A model generated the notes under the pieces. That model searched no databases. It worked only from the letters and a program-made list of their open reading frames with translations, and was not told the DNA's origin. Positions 1 to 14,525 of a DNA stretch of 64,000 nucleotides are shown here, in pieces. A program made the position numbers and the translations under genes. The stretch comes from the human T2T-CHM13v2.0 reference genome, Homo sapiens, in NCBI RefSeq assembly GCF_009914755.1, contig NC_060939.1. The stretch is one strand, 5' to 3'. Each line of letters starts with the position of its first letter. The first letter of the stretch is position 1.

Positions 1-744
1 TTTTTTAAAATTAAAGTGGTTTTAATTTTATATTCCTTTCCATTTCTTTCTTTAAAGACTTTATTGGCTTTTTAATGAAATTGTCAGTTCAGATATGAAC
101 GTATTATTTGCAGAGGAAGTGCTTTATATCTATTTGCAGTGGCTTTCACCAACCTTCTAGGTGACATGGGAAGAAAGTGTCAAATTTAAAAAATTTGAAA
201 GCCTGTATCATGTGACTGAAAATGTTTTAACTACTTCTGAAAAATTGCAAGAACATAAGCCTAAGCTAAAAAATTTAAACAGTATGGAAGGATATTTGGT
301 GAGAAACACAGTCATTCCTTCCTATACCTTATTCCCACTCCTTGGCAGAGGTTTTCCTCTGTTCAGTTTCTCCTGAGAGCTTTTCGTCTATATGTAAATG
401 ATGCATAGCCTCTTATTTTTTACACAATAGGGAACAAATAGTTCTGCAACTTCACCTTTTCATTTAACAAGAGGATAATAGGGGATCACTATGTGAAGGA
501 CATTATTGAGCCCATACTGATTTTAGTAGGATCTGTGATTTTCTAAAATATGTGTAATGATTTGACCTAATTATACATGATTCTACATGCATATGACTTA
601 AGCTAAAAAAAAGAAGAGCATTAGCATTTCTTGACAATCATAAGATTTCAGTTTTACCAACTTATATAATTATTCTCCTTGTTTAGAAAACAGACAAGTC
701 CTACTGTAATAAAAAGCCTTCAATAAAATGTTAGTTCCTTATGT

Positions 745-915
745 ATAGGCCCTTGTACAGGGCACACTTTTATATGAATTATTTAACATACTCTTCATAA
801 TAACTCTTTGAAGCTGATTCAGTTTTACTCTCATTCTTGCAGAAAAGGAAACAGGCTTCAGGAGGTTGAGTAACAAAGCTAGTAAGTAGCAGAATTAGGT
901 TTCAAAGCTGATCCA
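745..915 (-). mobile_element. MIR SINE fragment
   Basis: cattcttgcagaaaaggaaacaggc...gaggttgagtaac...gctagtaagtagcagaattagg resembles the reverse-complemented MIR core. Confidence 0.55.
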
Positions 916-1089
916 TGAAATAATGCAGCAATAGCTAGTTCAAATTGTTTAAAAGCGAGTCTCATGGACAGTGGTTTAATATCCTGTTACCAAATATCTC
1001 ACTTATTTAATATAAAAATTTGGTGAAGTCATTATTACAATGTATTTGATGGTGGGATTGGTTCTAGAAAGGGAACTGATTCTTGCTTA

Positions 1090-1268
1090 ATCCATACCCA
1101 ACATTGTATTAGTGTCACCTGGGGAGCTTTTAAAAAATTATTCCTGGATCCCCAACCCCAGGCATTCCAGCGGCATGAAGCTGGTGTTGAACCTAGGAAT
1201 CGTAATTTTTAACAAGCTACCTACTTAATTTTTAGGCAGCCAGTCTGGCTGCAGTTTAGAACCATTGA
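1090..1268. mobile_element. MER5-type hAT-Charlie fragment
   Basis: tcacctggggagctttt...atttttaacaagct...tttagaaccattg motifs typical of MER5A/B. Confidence 0.5.
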
Positions 1269-2963
1269 AGTGTGTGTCTTTTATTTCAAATTTATGAATA
1301 TGAGGTCTTCATTTTCCACTTGTTTTCTTTCTGAAGATAATGAACCATTACCTAATGGAAACAAACATGAAAAACTTGAAATTTTATTTAATGTATTCAA
1401 AACAGAAGTTTTCATTTGTTGAGCTATGTATTATACTGTGTTAAATGGATTTTATTATTTCCATAGGGCCATATTATAACAGACAGTGAATTAAACTGAA
1501 AACTTTATCTTGTCTCTTGCAGAAGCAAATACTGTGAAAATACTTTGTAAAACCACTTTGTAAAATGTATAGGTTGGAACAGAATTAAGTGATTGAGACT
1601 CTGAAGGCTCTGGAAATGGGTTGTCAGTTTTATTTTCAGCCGAGAGCAAGATAATACTTATCTAAATAAATAATTGTGGGTTAGATATGTTGTCTTGTAA
1701 TTGCTTTAAACGTTGAGCCTAGATTACCAAGCTGCTAAGACAAGGGAATTAAAAAATAAGTCACTTAGTGGCCTTTATTTTGTATATACATATTTTTTGC
1801 ATTTTGATAAACCTGTATAAAATTAGTAAAAAATTACTTTCCCTTCTTTAAGAGTTCTACTTGCCAGGAGCCAGAGTAGAAAGATTGGCTGGCAGTATTC
1901 CTGGCATTGTAATTTTTAGTGCACTAGATATTTTCGTAGAATATTGATTGTTCTGTGAACCTTCTTACCATGGGGACAGTGAAGTCAGCAAGTCACACTA
2001 CATTAAACAAACACTGAGTAACATTAACTGCAAAATAGTATGAGAAATAGAGAAATATGATACAGACTGTGTAAAAAATGGTAAGTATAAGTGTTTGGAG
2101 GAAGGGGTTAATTCTTCCATTTGATATATTAAGAGATTCTATTTCCATATAAATTGTAATTACCTTGTCGATTTCTATTAAGCCTGCTGGGATTTGGGGA
2201 ATATTGATATCTTAACAATACTGAGTCTTGCAATACATGAACATATCTCTTATCTATTTAGGTCTTCTGTAAATTTTCCTTGGTAATATTTTGCACTTTC
2301 AATTTATAGGTCTTACACTCATTTTGTTAAATTTATCCCTAAGAGTTTTTACGTTCTTTGGTTCTATTATATGTGGCATTAAAACTTTTCCAATTGTTTG
2401 TTGCTGGTATATAAAAATAGTGATTGATTTTTATATTGACTTATTGGTATGAAATTATTCACAATATTCCATTATTGTTTTATTGTGTTTAAGATATGTA
2501 GTCATGTTTCTTCTTTTCTGCCTGATACTGGAAATTGTGTCTTTTTGCTTTTTTCTTAATCCGTCTTAAGAGAGAGTTTATATTAATCCATGTATTTTCA
2601 ATTTCCAGTGTTCTTCATTTCTTTGTGTATATTCAGGTATTCATCTTGTCTCATTTTCCTTCTGCCCGAAGAATTTTCTTTACATTTTTTATAGTGCAGG
2701 ACTGCAGGTAATAAATTCTCTTTATTTTTGCTTATCTGAGAGGTTTTAATTTTGCCTTTGCTTTTGAAGGATATTTTTGCTAGATATAGAATTCTAGATT
2801 GACCTTTTTTTTTCCTTTTGATGATGAAATAGTGTCTTTCCATTGTATTTTGGCTTTCATTATTTTTCAAGTCTGCAATAATGATCTTTATTCTTTTCTA
2901 TATAATATTTTTCCTATAGTAGCTTTTAGATTTTCTAGTTTTCACTAATTTGATTGTGAGGTT

Positions 2964-3366
2964 TGCCATGGTTTGAATGTCCCTTCCAAAGCTCACATTG
3001 AAATTTAATTGCCATTGTAATGGTGTTAATAGGTATTAATAGGTATATTGTTAAGAAGTGATTAGGCTGTGAGGGCTTCATCCTCATGAATTGATTAAAG
3101 TCATAATCTCAGGAGTGCATTTGTTACCTCAAGAATGAGTTATAAAAGTGGGTTTGGCCCTCTCTGTCTCTTTCTTGCATGGTGGTTCTCTTTTCCCTCT
3201 GCCTTTTGCCGTAGTATGATATAGCTACAGCATGAAGGCCCTCACCAGATGCTAGCACCTTAATGTTGGACTTCCACCCTTTGGGACTGTGATAAGACAT
3301 TTCTTTTCTTTATAAATTTCTCAGTCTCACGTACTCTGTTGTAGCAGCATAAAACAGACTAAGGCA
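2964..3366 (+). mobile_element. MST-type MaLR solo LTR
   Basis: Starts tgccatggtttgaatgtccc and ends aaacagactaaggca; perfect 5-bp TSD aggtt (2959-2963 and 3367-3371). Confidence 0.85.
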
Positions 3367-4066
3367 AGGTTTCTCTGTGTATGGGTGTTTGAGATGTATG
3401 TTTATAGTTGTTCATCAAATTTGAAAACATTTCGGCTGCTCTATCTTTAAATATTTTTTGGTCCACTCTCTTACCTTTCCTTCTAGGACTTCAATTACAC
3501 ATATATTAGCACTCTTGATACTGTTCCACGGGTTCTCTTAATTTTTTAAAATATTTTCCTTCTCTTTACAAGTCAGTTTTAATAGTTTCTCTTACTGTGT
3601 CTTCAGGCTACCGATCTTTTCTTCTGCAGTGTCTGACCTGTTTATTCCATCCAATAAACTTTTCATTTCACAGAGTGTATTTTTTTATTTCTAGAAACTC
3701 TTTTGTTTTTAGATTGTCTTGCATTTCTTTCCTCAAGATATTCCTGTTTTTCTTTTAAGTCATTGAGCAATTTATAATAGTTGTTTTCAAGTTTTTGCTG
3801 GTATCACCTTTTTATTCTGGGCCTATTTCTACTGACAGATTTTTCTTCTGGTTATGGGTCACATTTTTCTGCTGCTGCACATGCCTTGTAGATTTTGATT
3901 TAGTTCTAGACATAGTGAGTGTTACATTATTGAGTGTTTGGATTTTGTCATTTTTTGTTTTTTAGAGATGTAAGGCTTTTTTTCTGGCAGGAAATTAAGT
4001 TATTAGGGATCAACTCAGACACTCCAAGAGTTGTTTTTAAGCTTTTGTGAGTGAGTCTAAAGTACC

Positions 4067-4365
4067 TTTTTTTTTTTTTTTTTTTTGAGACAGAGTCTTG
4101 CTCTGTTGCCCATGCTGGAGTGTACCATGATCTCAGCTCACTGCAACCTCTCTCTCCTGAGTTCAAGCTATTCTCCTGCTTCAGCCTCCCAAGTTGCTAG
4201 GATTACAGGCGTATGCCACCACATCCAGCTAATTTTTGTACTTTTAGTAGAGACAGGGTTTCACCATGTTGGCTAGGCTGGTCTTGAACTCCTGACCTCA
4301 AGTGATCTGCCTTCCTCGGCTTCGCAAATTGCTAGGATTACAGGCATGCACCACTGTGTCCTGCC
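4067..4365 (-). mobile_element. Alu (S/J-type)
   Basis: Poly-T then gagacagagtcttgctctg; full dimer. Confidence 0.95.
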
Positions 4366-5389
4366 TTAGAGAAACTTTTTTGCTAAGAATAGTTTAGCTC
4401 TATTGCTAAGCATTCTGAGGTCTTTACTGAATGCTTTGGGCATTCAACGTTTAGGCTGTATTCAGACTGCTTCCAGCTGAAAACATCTCCCAATCCTGTT
4501 TGAGCTCTGGGAATTGTTGAATTTACAACTCTGGTTGTTTTTCGCCTGCCATTGTGGAGTTTTACTGTGTGTGTGTGTGATTTGCTCTTAGTAATATAGC
4601 GGGACTCCAAGGTGACTCCATGCACGTTTCTGGAGATCCTTCTCTGCGTAGCTTCCTCCTCTAGACCTCTGCTGTGCAAATTCCAGCTGCCTTTTCCTCC
4701 CAGAACTCTAATTTCTGTCCCCTCCATTCAGTATGACTGCTCTGCTCAAAAATCCCTTTTCTTCTGCACAGTAATCTACAAATTGTTTCCAGATAGGAAA
4801 TCAGGATGATGGTAGAGTTCACCTAGTTTCTTTTTTCTCAGGGATCACAGTCTTGTATTATTTGTTTTCCAGTGTTGGGAAGCAGTCTTTTGATGTGTGT
4901 TTTCTAATTTTTTAATTGTTTGCAGTAGAAGGTTTATCTAGTCCCAATTACTGCATCATGGCTCAAATCAGAAATTCTCTTTCCTTTTAGGAAGGTAAAT
5001 ATGGTTAACAGAAAATGTGTAGTGGAAGAGTAGAGGCAGGGTGCTTGAAGGAGGGCAGTATTAATGAAGCCATGACAGCCACATATATCTGGTCAGGTAT
5101 TACAATGCAATGTAAGTGATGCCCCTGGGGGTCACTGTATTTGGGTGCACAGCCTAAATGGTGGCCTTGCATGGAGCAGAGCTGGGTGAGAATACAAGTG
5201 AGAGCCTGCAGATGTAATTGACAGGAACTTATCTTAATTTAGTTGGCTCTAAGGCAGAGTATATCATCTGAGATGATGTCAGGGTTTTTATTTTGTGTGA
5301 CTTATTTATCACTTTTGTAAGGGTTATTAATAAGCTTCATTTATAAGGATTTTGTGAAGTTTAAATGAGATGATGCGTACAAAAATACC

Positions 5390-5527
5390 TTTTTTTTTTT
5401 ATTTTTTGAGATGGGATCTCACTCTGTTGCCCAGGCTGGAATGCAGTGGCGTGATCATGGCTCACTGCAGCCTTGACCTCCTGGGCTGAATTGATCCTCC
5501 CACCTCAGCCTCCTGAGTAGCTAGCAC
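5390..5527 (-). mobile_element. 5'-truncated AluJ (right arm) inside a MIR remnant
   Basis: Poly-T then gagatgggatctcactctgttgcccaggc; TSD-like aaaatacctttt / aaaatgctttt. Confidence 0.85.
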
Positions 5528-6884
5528 CTGAAAATGCTTTTTAAATGATGGTGCAGTGTACAATGTGAAGTATTATTTATTGCTAAAGTCCATGCTTTGA
5601 GTCTTTACAGAAAAGCCTGCATAAGGTTGCTCTGATGTCATAATGATCGGAAAAAATGATCTAAAATCACCGTAACTTCAGAACATCAGAGTTCATATTT
5701 AGGGAAAAGTTTTCTTTTCTTTCTTTGAAGAATTTAGTATGTAAAGGTTACTTAGCCTCAGGGAAATCTTTGTATAAAACAGTCCTTTAAAAACAATACC
5801 TTGACTGTAGAAGAGAATGTTTAAACTGGAGTGAATACCAGTGAAGTAACAAATACCAGTAAAGTTTCGAGTGAGTTGAAGAAAACAAACCAGTGATCTC
5901 AATGGCGCAATCACCTCAGAATGAAGCTGGGGCCTGAAGTTTATAATGGAATAAGCTTAGAGGTTACAGCCAGAAGTACAGAGGTACCAAAAGTTTTTAG
6001 ACCTCTGTAGGAACATCAAAATGTATTGCAAGCATTACTTGCCTATTCACCTTCCGACATCTTCCACTTTCACTCATCTTGCTGTATCACTAGAGGGAAG
6101 AAAATGCTTACTGTTTTCCCTGGTAAGGACACTAAAAGTCACACTCTTTCCCCAGAGAAATTATAGCCTAGAAGAAATAGACAAGGCCACATATCAGATT
6201 ACCTTTAAGTTAACTGAGTTTCTGGCATGATTTCTCTTGATTCCAGGCAGATTTTTTTGGGTGACTATGCATGAGGGAAAATATCCAATTTCATGACTTC
6301 CAAGAAAGGTCACTTTCATAGACCTCTGAAAAGGCAAAACAGTTGTTAACTATAAAAAATACATTGAAATTTTGGATTTTGTCTTGATTACATTAAATTG
6401 TTTTAAATGTTTATGTTTTTAGGTGTTCTGAGCTATTTATTGCATTGACTTGTTGCATTACTCTGTACGCTAATTAAGCACAATTTGTATATTTCTGCAT
6501 TTGCTGGTATTTTTAGGAATATGTCTTAATGTGCAGTTTTATCCCAGTAATTAAAAAAAGTTACCAAAAGCATGACAGTCCACTGAATGTAAACTCCTTT
6601 TTAAAAAAACTTTGTTTTATTTAATATTTATTCTGAGCACACAGAGCATTGTTACACACATTCAGTAATTTTATTATATGAAAATTATAGATGTAAAACT
6701 CAGTCTGCAAAAAGGAAAAAGGCTTGAAACTCAGTTATGTATGAATTAAAAGCATTTCCTTTAGGCAAGGATGATTTAGTAGTTTTCTTATATACATGTA
6801 GTTAATTGTCATGGTGTTTCTTGGAAGAGAAAAACAGTGTAAGAAGACCGGCTTTTGAAAAACTTGTTTAAAAGAGTAGAGCTG

Positions 6885-7130
6885 TAAGCTTTATTTAACC
6901 AACATTTACTTAACATATACTTAACATATAATTTGTGCCAGGCTCTGTGCTTGGTTTCAGGGATGGAAGGGTGACATAGATATGGCCCTTCTGGAAGAGC
7001 TAATTTGTTGGGGAAGGCAGTCATGTGAACAGATAAATAATAATACAACCTGGAAAGTTCTTTAATAGAAATGGTTAAAGTGTCATGGGGTTATAGAGGT
7101 TAAAGCAGCTACTTGTGTCTAGAGAATTGG
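6885..7130 (-). mobile_element. L2 3' end fragment
   Basis: aacatttact...tgtgccaggctctgtgcttgg pattern. Confidence 0.5.
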
Positions 7131-7217
7131 TGCATGTTTTGCTAGTGTGCTAGACAAAGGCATGTTTAGTGGGGAAGACAGGAAAAGGGAAAGGCTCTAG
7201 ATTTACTTTACAGTAGG

Positions 7218-7262
7218 CCTGTGCTAGTAAGTACAGTAGCCATTAGCAATATGTGGTTAAAT
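7218..7262 (+). mobile_element. MER33-like 5' fragment (split by L1M)
   Basis: cagtagccattagcaatatgtggtt resembles the start of MER33. Confidence 0.4.
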
Positions 7263-7442
7263 TTTTAGCAACTATTTAGCATAAGTAGCACATATTTAGT
7301 GTAAACTTTAAATGGGAAACCATCACCACAATCAAGGTGATTAAATGTATACATCATTCTCAAGAGCTTCTCCTGTGCATTTGTTAATTCCTCCTCTCTG
7401 TCCTCCTTCACACTCCCATCCCTACTCCCACATAACTACTGA

Positions 7443-7821
<379 letters not shown>

Positions 7822-8011
7822 TCACACAGAATGCTCTGTTTTGTCTGGCTTAAATCGGCATAATTATTTTGAGATTCATTTATGTACCAATAGTTTATTC
7901 TTATTTCTTAATTGTAATTCATATATCACAATTTGTTTATTTCCTCTCCTGTTAATGGACATTTGGGTTGTCTCCAATTTTGGGATATTACAAATAAAGC
8001 TATTATGACCA

Positions 8012-8326
<315 letters not shown>

Positions 8327-8817
8327 TGACCATTCTTAATGCAAGTCTTTATGTGGACATTCATATGGTAGATATATCTTCAACTCACTAAGAAACTGCC
8401 AAAGCGGTTGTATCATTTTACATTCCCACTTATAGTGTATGAGAATTTCAGTTCCTCTATATACTTTCTAATGGTTTGTATGGTTATTCATTTTAATTTT
8501 AGCCATTAGAATAGGTCTGCAGTGCTGTCTCACTGTGGTTTTCATTTGTGTTTTTCTAATTACTAATGATGTTGAGTATCTTTTCATATACTTACTTGCT
8601 ATCTTTTATCTTGTTTGCTGAAATATCTTCATATCTGTTGTCAATTTTAAAAATTAGGTTGTTTGTTTTTTATTATTGAGTTTTGAGATTTCTTTATGTA
8701 TTCTGGGTACAAGTCCTTTACGAGATACATGGTTTACAGATATTTTCTACTAGGTGGATTGTCTTTTCATTCTCTAAACAGTGTCTTTTGAGGAGCAGAA
8801 GTTTCTAATTTTGGTGA

Positions 8818-9221
<404 letters not shown>

Positions 9222-11533
9222 TAGAACTTTTAAGATTTTCTTTCACATGTAGGTCTGTGATCCATTTTGAGTTAATTTTGTAATATGGTGTGACGTATGG
9301 ATTGAAGTTTTTTTGTGTGTGTGTGTATGATGAGCCACTGTTCCAACACCATTTGTTGAATAGATTCCATAAATTACTCTTTCTCAAGTGAATTCCTTTG
9401 CATGTTTGTGAACAAAAATAGTTTATTGTTTATAAAAAAGGCTTTTTTGTGTATATATACACACACACACACACACAAATACATGTGTATGTTTTTCTGT
9501 ATTCTATAATTTAGTCCATTGATCTCTTGTTTTTATGTAATATCATACTTTCTTGATTCTTGAAGCTTTGTAATCTTGAAATCAGTTTGTATAGTCTTCC
9601 AGATTTGTTTTTTTTTTTTTCAAAGTTATTTTGGCTATTCTAGGTCCTCTGCATTTTCATATAAATGTCAGTACTGTTGTGTCAGTTTCTACCAAAAGTC
9701 TCCAGAATTTTTATTGTAATTCCATAAAATTTATAGATCAATTTGGGGAGAATTGACATCGTAATAGGGTTTTCTGATCCATGTAGATGCTGTAGCATTC
9801 CATTTATTTAGGTTGTTTTTAGCCTTTCTCAGCAGTGTTTTGTAGTTTTCACTGTATAGGTCTCAACATATATTGTCAGATATATCTCTGTTTCATACTT
9901 GATACTGTTATATATGGCATTGTTTTAAAAATTCAATTTCTGATTAATTTTTAGAATATAGAAATACAATTTTATATAGCGACATTGTATACTGTGCAGA
10001 CTAAACTCACTAATTCTGGTACTTTCTGTAGATTCCATTCCATGGGATAATCTTCATAAATGGTCATGTAGTCTGTGAATAAGGATAATTTTACTTCTTG
10101 CTTTCCAATCTGGATGCCTTTTTTAAATTGCCTGATTGTACTTTCCAGAAACTCCAGTACAATTTTAAATAGTGGTGAGAACAGATATCCTTGTCTTGTT
10201 TTAGATCTTAGAAAGCATTAGTCTTTTACCTATGAGTATGTTAGTTGTAGGCTTTTTTTTATAGTACCTTGTATTAAATTGAGGGAGTTTCCTTCTATTC
10301 CTAGCTTCTAAGAGATTTTCCTAGAATAGATGTTGGATTTTGCCAGGTATCTTTTCTCTGTCTATTGAGATTGTCACATAGGTTTTCTTTGTTAATTCGT
10401 TAGTATGGCTTATTACAGTGGTTACTTTTTGATTGTTAAACTAAGTTTGCATTCCTCAGATAAACCCCATGTGGCTATGAGGCATTATTCTTTATATGTG
10501 TTGTTATATTAGATTTGTTAAATTTTATTTAGAATTTTTCATGTGTGTTTATGAAGAATATTGCTTTGTAGTTTTTTTCAATGTTTTTGTCTGGTTTTGA
10601 CATCAGTGTAATGCTGGATATGTAAAATAAATGCAGAAATATTTATTTTCTAGAATGTTTGCTTTAACAAATTTTTCTAGAGGAGTTTTAGTTTTCTGGA
10701 AGAGTTTTCTTATAGTTGGTATGTTTCTTTTTTTCTAGAGGAGTTTGATTATAATTGGTATTATTTTCCCCTTAAATCTACAACTGTTTGGTAGAATTCA
10801 CCAATGAAACCAACTAGGTGTAGAGTTTTTCATTGGAGGTTTTTAACTACAAGTTTAGTTTCTGGAATAGTTCCAGAGCCACGTTCTTTAGATAATCTGT
10901 TTCTTCTTGATTGAGCTTTGATAATTTGTGTTTCTCAAAGATTGTTTATATCATATAAGTTGTCGAATATATTAGTTATTTATAACATTAACTTATTATC
11001 CTTTTTAGTATCTGTAAAATCTGTAGTGATGTTACTGCTCTTATTCCTGAAATGGATTGTTTCTTCTTTTCTTGATCACTGTGGCTAAAAGTTTATCAGT
11101 TTTTTTTTTGATGTTCTCAAAGAACCAGCTTTTGAGTTCCTTGGCCTTTTTTTTTTTTTTTCTCTATTTTTTCCCCCATTTCTTTGACTTCTGCTGTGAC
11201 TTTATTACTTGCATTCTCTTGCTTAGTTTGGATGTAATTTAGTTGTTTTCTGGTTTGAGGTACATTATGAGGTCATCAATTTGAGACCTTTCTTTTTTTC
11301 TAATATAGGCCTTTAGTGCTATAAATTTTCTCCTAAGTTCAGCTTTAGTAGCATTACAGCAATTTTGATATATTGGATTGTTATTTTCATTTAGTTTAAA
11401 ATATTTTTCATTTCATTTTTCTTTAACTTACGGGTTATTTAGAAGTGTGTTATTCATGCTCCACATATTTTGGGGAAATATTCTTTCTAGAGATATTTCT
11501 CTTACTGATTTCTAGTTTAATTTGATTGTGGTT

Positions 11534-12847
11534 CACATCTACAAGGATCTGATCTTTGACAAACCTGACAAAAACAAGAAATGGGGAAAGGATTCCCTGT
11601 TTAATAAGTGGTGCTGGGAAAACTGGCTAGCCATATGTAGAAAGGTGAAACTGGATCTCTTCCTTAACACCTTGTCCAAAAATTAATTCAAGATGGATTA
11701 AAGACTTAAATATTAGACCTAAAACCATAAAAATCCTAGAAGAAAGCCTAGGCAATACTATTCAGGAGATAGGCATGGGCAAGGACTTCATGACTAAAAC
11801 ACCAAAAGCAATGGCAACAAAAGCCAAAGTAGACAAATGGGACCTAATTAAACTAAAGAGCTTCTGCACGGCAAAAGAAACTACCATCAGAGTGAACAGG
11901 CAGCCTACAAAATGGGAGAAGATTTTTGCAATCTACCTATCTGACAAAGGGCTAATATCCAGAATCTACAAGGAACTCAAACAAATTTACAAGATTAAAA
12001 ACAACCCCATCAAAAAGTTGGCAAAGGATGTGAACAGACACTTCTCAAAATAAGATATCTGTGCAGCTAACAGACACATGAAAAAATGCTCATCATCACT
12101 AGTCATCAGAGAACTGAGATACCATCTCACGCCAGTTAGAATGGCAATCATTAAAAAGTTAGGAAACAACAGGTGCTGGAGAGGATGTGGAGAAACAGGA
12201 ACGCTTTTACACTGTTGGTGGGACCGTAAACTAGTTCAACCATTGTGGAAGACAGTGTGGCGATCCCTCAAGGATCTAGAACTAGAAATACCGTATGACC
12301 CAGCCATCCCATTACTGGGTATATACCCAAAGGATTATAAGTCACACTACTATAAAGACACATGCACACGTATGTTTATTGTGGCACTATTCACAATAGC
12401 ACATACTTGGAAGCAATCCAGATGTCCATCAATGATAGACTGGATTAAGAAAATGTGGGACATATACACCATGGAATACTATGCAGCCATAAAAAATGAT
12501 GAGTTCATGTCCTTTGTAGGGACATGGATGAAGCTGGAAACCATCATTCTCAGCAAACTGTCACAAGAACAGAAAACCAAACACCGCATGTTCTCACTCA
12601 TAGGTGGGAATTGAACGGTGAGAACTCTAGGACACAGGGTAGGGAACATCACACACCCAGGGCCTGTCGTAGGGTGGGGGGCTGGGGGAGGGATAGCATT
12701 AGGAGAAATACCTAATGTAAATGACCAGTTGATGGGTGCAGCAAACCAACATGACACATGTATACCTATGTATCAAAGCTGCAGGTTGTGCACATGTACC
12801 CTAGAACCTAAAGTATAATAAAAATAAATAAATAAAAATAAAAAAAA
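11534..12847 (+). mobile_element. 5'-truncated primate L1 (about L1PA5-8), 3' end
   Basis: ORF2 C-terminal coding sequence, G-rich 3'UTR (gggtggggggctgggggagggatagc), A-rich tail; candidate TSD ttgtggtt. Confidence 0.95.
11775..12614 (+). pseudogene. Disrupted L1 ORF2p C-terminal fragment
   Basis: [16 protein letters not shown]... and ...RMFSLIGGN stop; premature stop at 12051-12053; in-frame loss of about 6 codons ([10 protein letters not shown]); last Cys of the CCHC motif replaced (LHCWWDR). Confidence 0.9.
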
Positions 12848-14172
12848 GCATTTGTGGTTAGAGAACATGCTTTGTATGAATTGAGTGATTTTAAATGTAT
12901 TGAGTCTTGTTTTATGGTTTGAAATATGGTTTGCCTTGGCAAATGTTCTGTATGAACTTGAAAATGTGTGTGTCTTCTGCAAGGTTTTGTGGAGTGTTTT
13001 CTAAGTATCAAGTGATTTTAGTTTGTAGTGTTGTTCAAGTCTTTCATGTTCTTTTTTATTTTCTGTTTTGGAGATCTATCAATTATTGAAAGAGGGAAAT
13101 TGTAATCTGTAATGTGAATTGTGAATTTTGTATTTATCCTTGCAGTTTCATCAGTTTGTCTTTACATATTTTGAATCTCTGTCTTTAAGTGCATTAATGC
13201 TTAGTAGTATTATATGTACTCTTCATCAGGTGACTGTTTTATCATTATAAAATGACCCCTTTTTTTCTGATAATGGCTTAGAAATCCACATTGTGTGATG
13301 TTTATATATACACTTCAGGTTTCTTTTGATATGTTAGCACTGTACACTTTTTTTCTTGTTTTTACATTTAACTGCATTCTACCTAAAGAACAGTTTATTT
13401 ATTTTTACCAGCATATAATTGGGTTCTGCATTTTTTATCTAGTCTAAAGTCTTTGCTTTTAATTTGGAACATTTAATGTAATTATTGATATGACTGTGTT
13501 TGAATCCATTATCTTGCCATTTGTTTCTTTTTATCTCGTGTGTTCTTTGGTTCCCTTTTCCTCCTTTTATGCCTCCTTTTATATTAATAGAATATTTTTT
13601 ATTCTGTTTTGTCATCTTTATTGCCTTATTAGATATAACTTGTTATTTTAGTGGTTTAATGATTTGCAGTATTCAGTTTCAATTTTTATCAGTGGACTTC
13701 AGGTGATATTATGTCATTTCCATATAGTTAATGGAGTTACCATTCCATTGCTCCTCTTATCTTTCTGTAGATTCATATTTCTATCTGGAATCATTTTTCT
13801 TGTACTTCAACAACTTTAACCTTTTCTGCAGTAGTGATCTGCTGGTAATGAATTCCTTTCAGCTTTTTCATGTCTGAAAATGCCTTTATTTTGTCTTAAT
13901 TTTTAAGAACATATTTTTCCTGGGTACAGAATTCTAGATGGACAATTTTTTCTTTCAGTATATTAAATTTTGCTTGTCTTGTTTTTGTAATATCCAGTGA
14001 GAAATCTAATGATAGTCTTATCTTTATTCCTCTATATAAAGTGTCTTTTTTCTTACTGCTTTTAAGATTTTTTTTTTAAATTACAGATTTTGAGCAATTT
14101 TATTATGTGACTTGTTACAATGTTTTCATGTTTCTTTTGCTTGGTATTTGCTCAACTTTCTGGAACTGTGAA

Positions 14173-14525
14173 TGCTATGGTTTCAATGTTCCATTCAAAA
14201 TTCATGTTGAAATTTTATTACCATTCTGATGATGTTGAAAGGTGTGATGTTTAAGAGGTCATGAGGGCTCTGTCTTCGAGAATGGACTAATGCCATTATC
14301 ATGGGAGTAGGTTTGCCCCCTCTTGCTCTCTGTCTGTTGTCCTCTTTTTGCCTTTCTGTGTTATGATGCTTCCATCATGTTACAATGCAATAAGAAGGCC
14401 CTCGCCAGATTCTGGCTCCTTGATCTTGGATATCCAAGCCTCTACAACTGTGAGCCAATTTCTTGTCGTTATGAATTACCCAGTCTTTGGTATTGCATTA
14501 TAGCAGCACAAAACAGACTAAAACA
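14173..14525 (+). mobile_element. MST-type MaLR solo LTR
   Basis: tgctatggtttcaatgt ... aaacagactaaaaca. Confidence 0.8.

Larger units (their letters stand above)
2130..4980 (-). mobile_element. Ancient L1M relic (ORF2 piece, ORF1 region, 5' end), interrupted by an MST LTR and an Alu
   Basis: T-rich antisense L1 motifs (ttgaaggatatttttgctagatatagaattctag; ttcatcaaatttgaaaacatttcggc), similar to 13850-15720. Confidence 0.7.

Noticed and set aside
10645-10760. Repeated tttctagaggagttt motifs
   Set aside because: Small local slippage inside a degenerate L1 with no sign of function
11775-12614. Active L1 ORF2 or a domesticated gene
   Set aside because: 5'-truncated, with a premature stop, a deletion and a mutated CCHC motif
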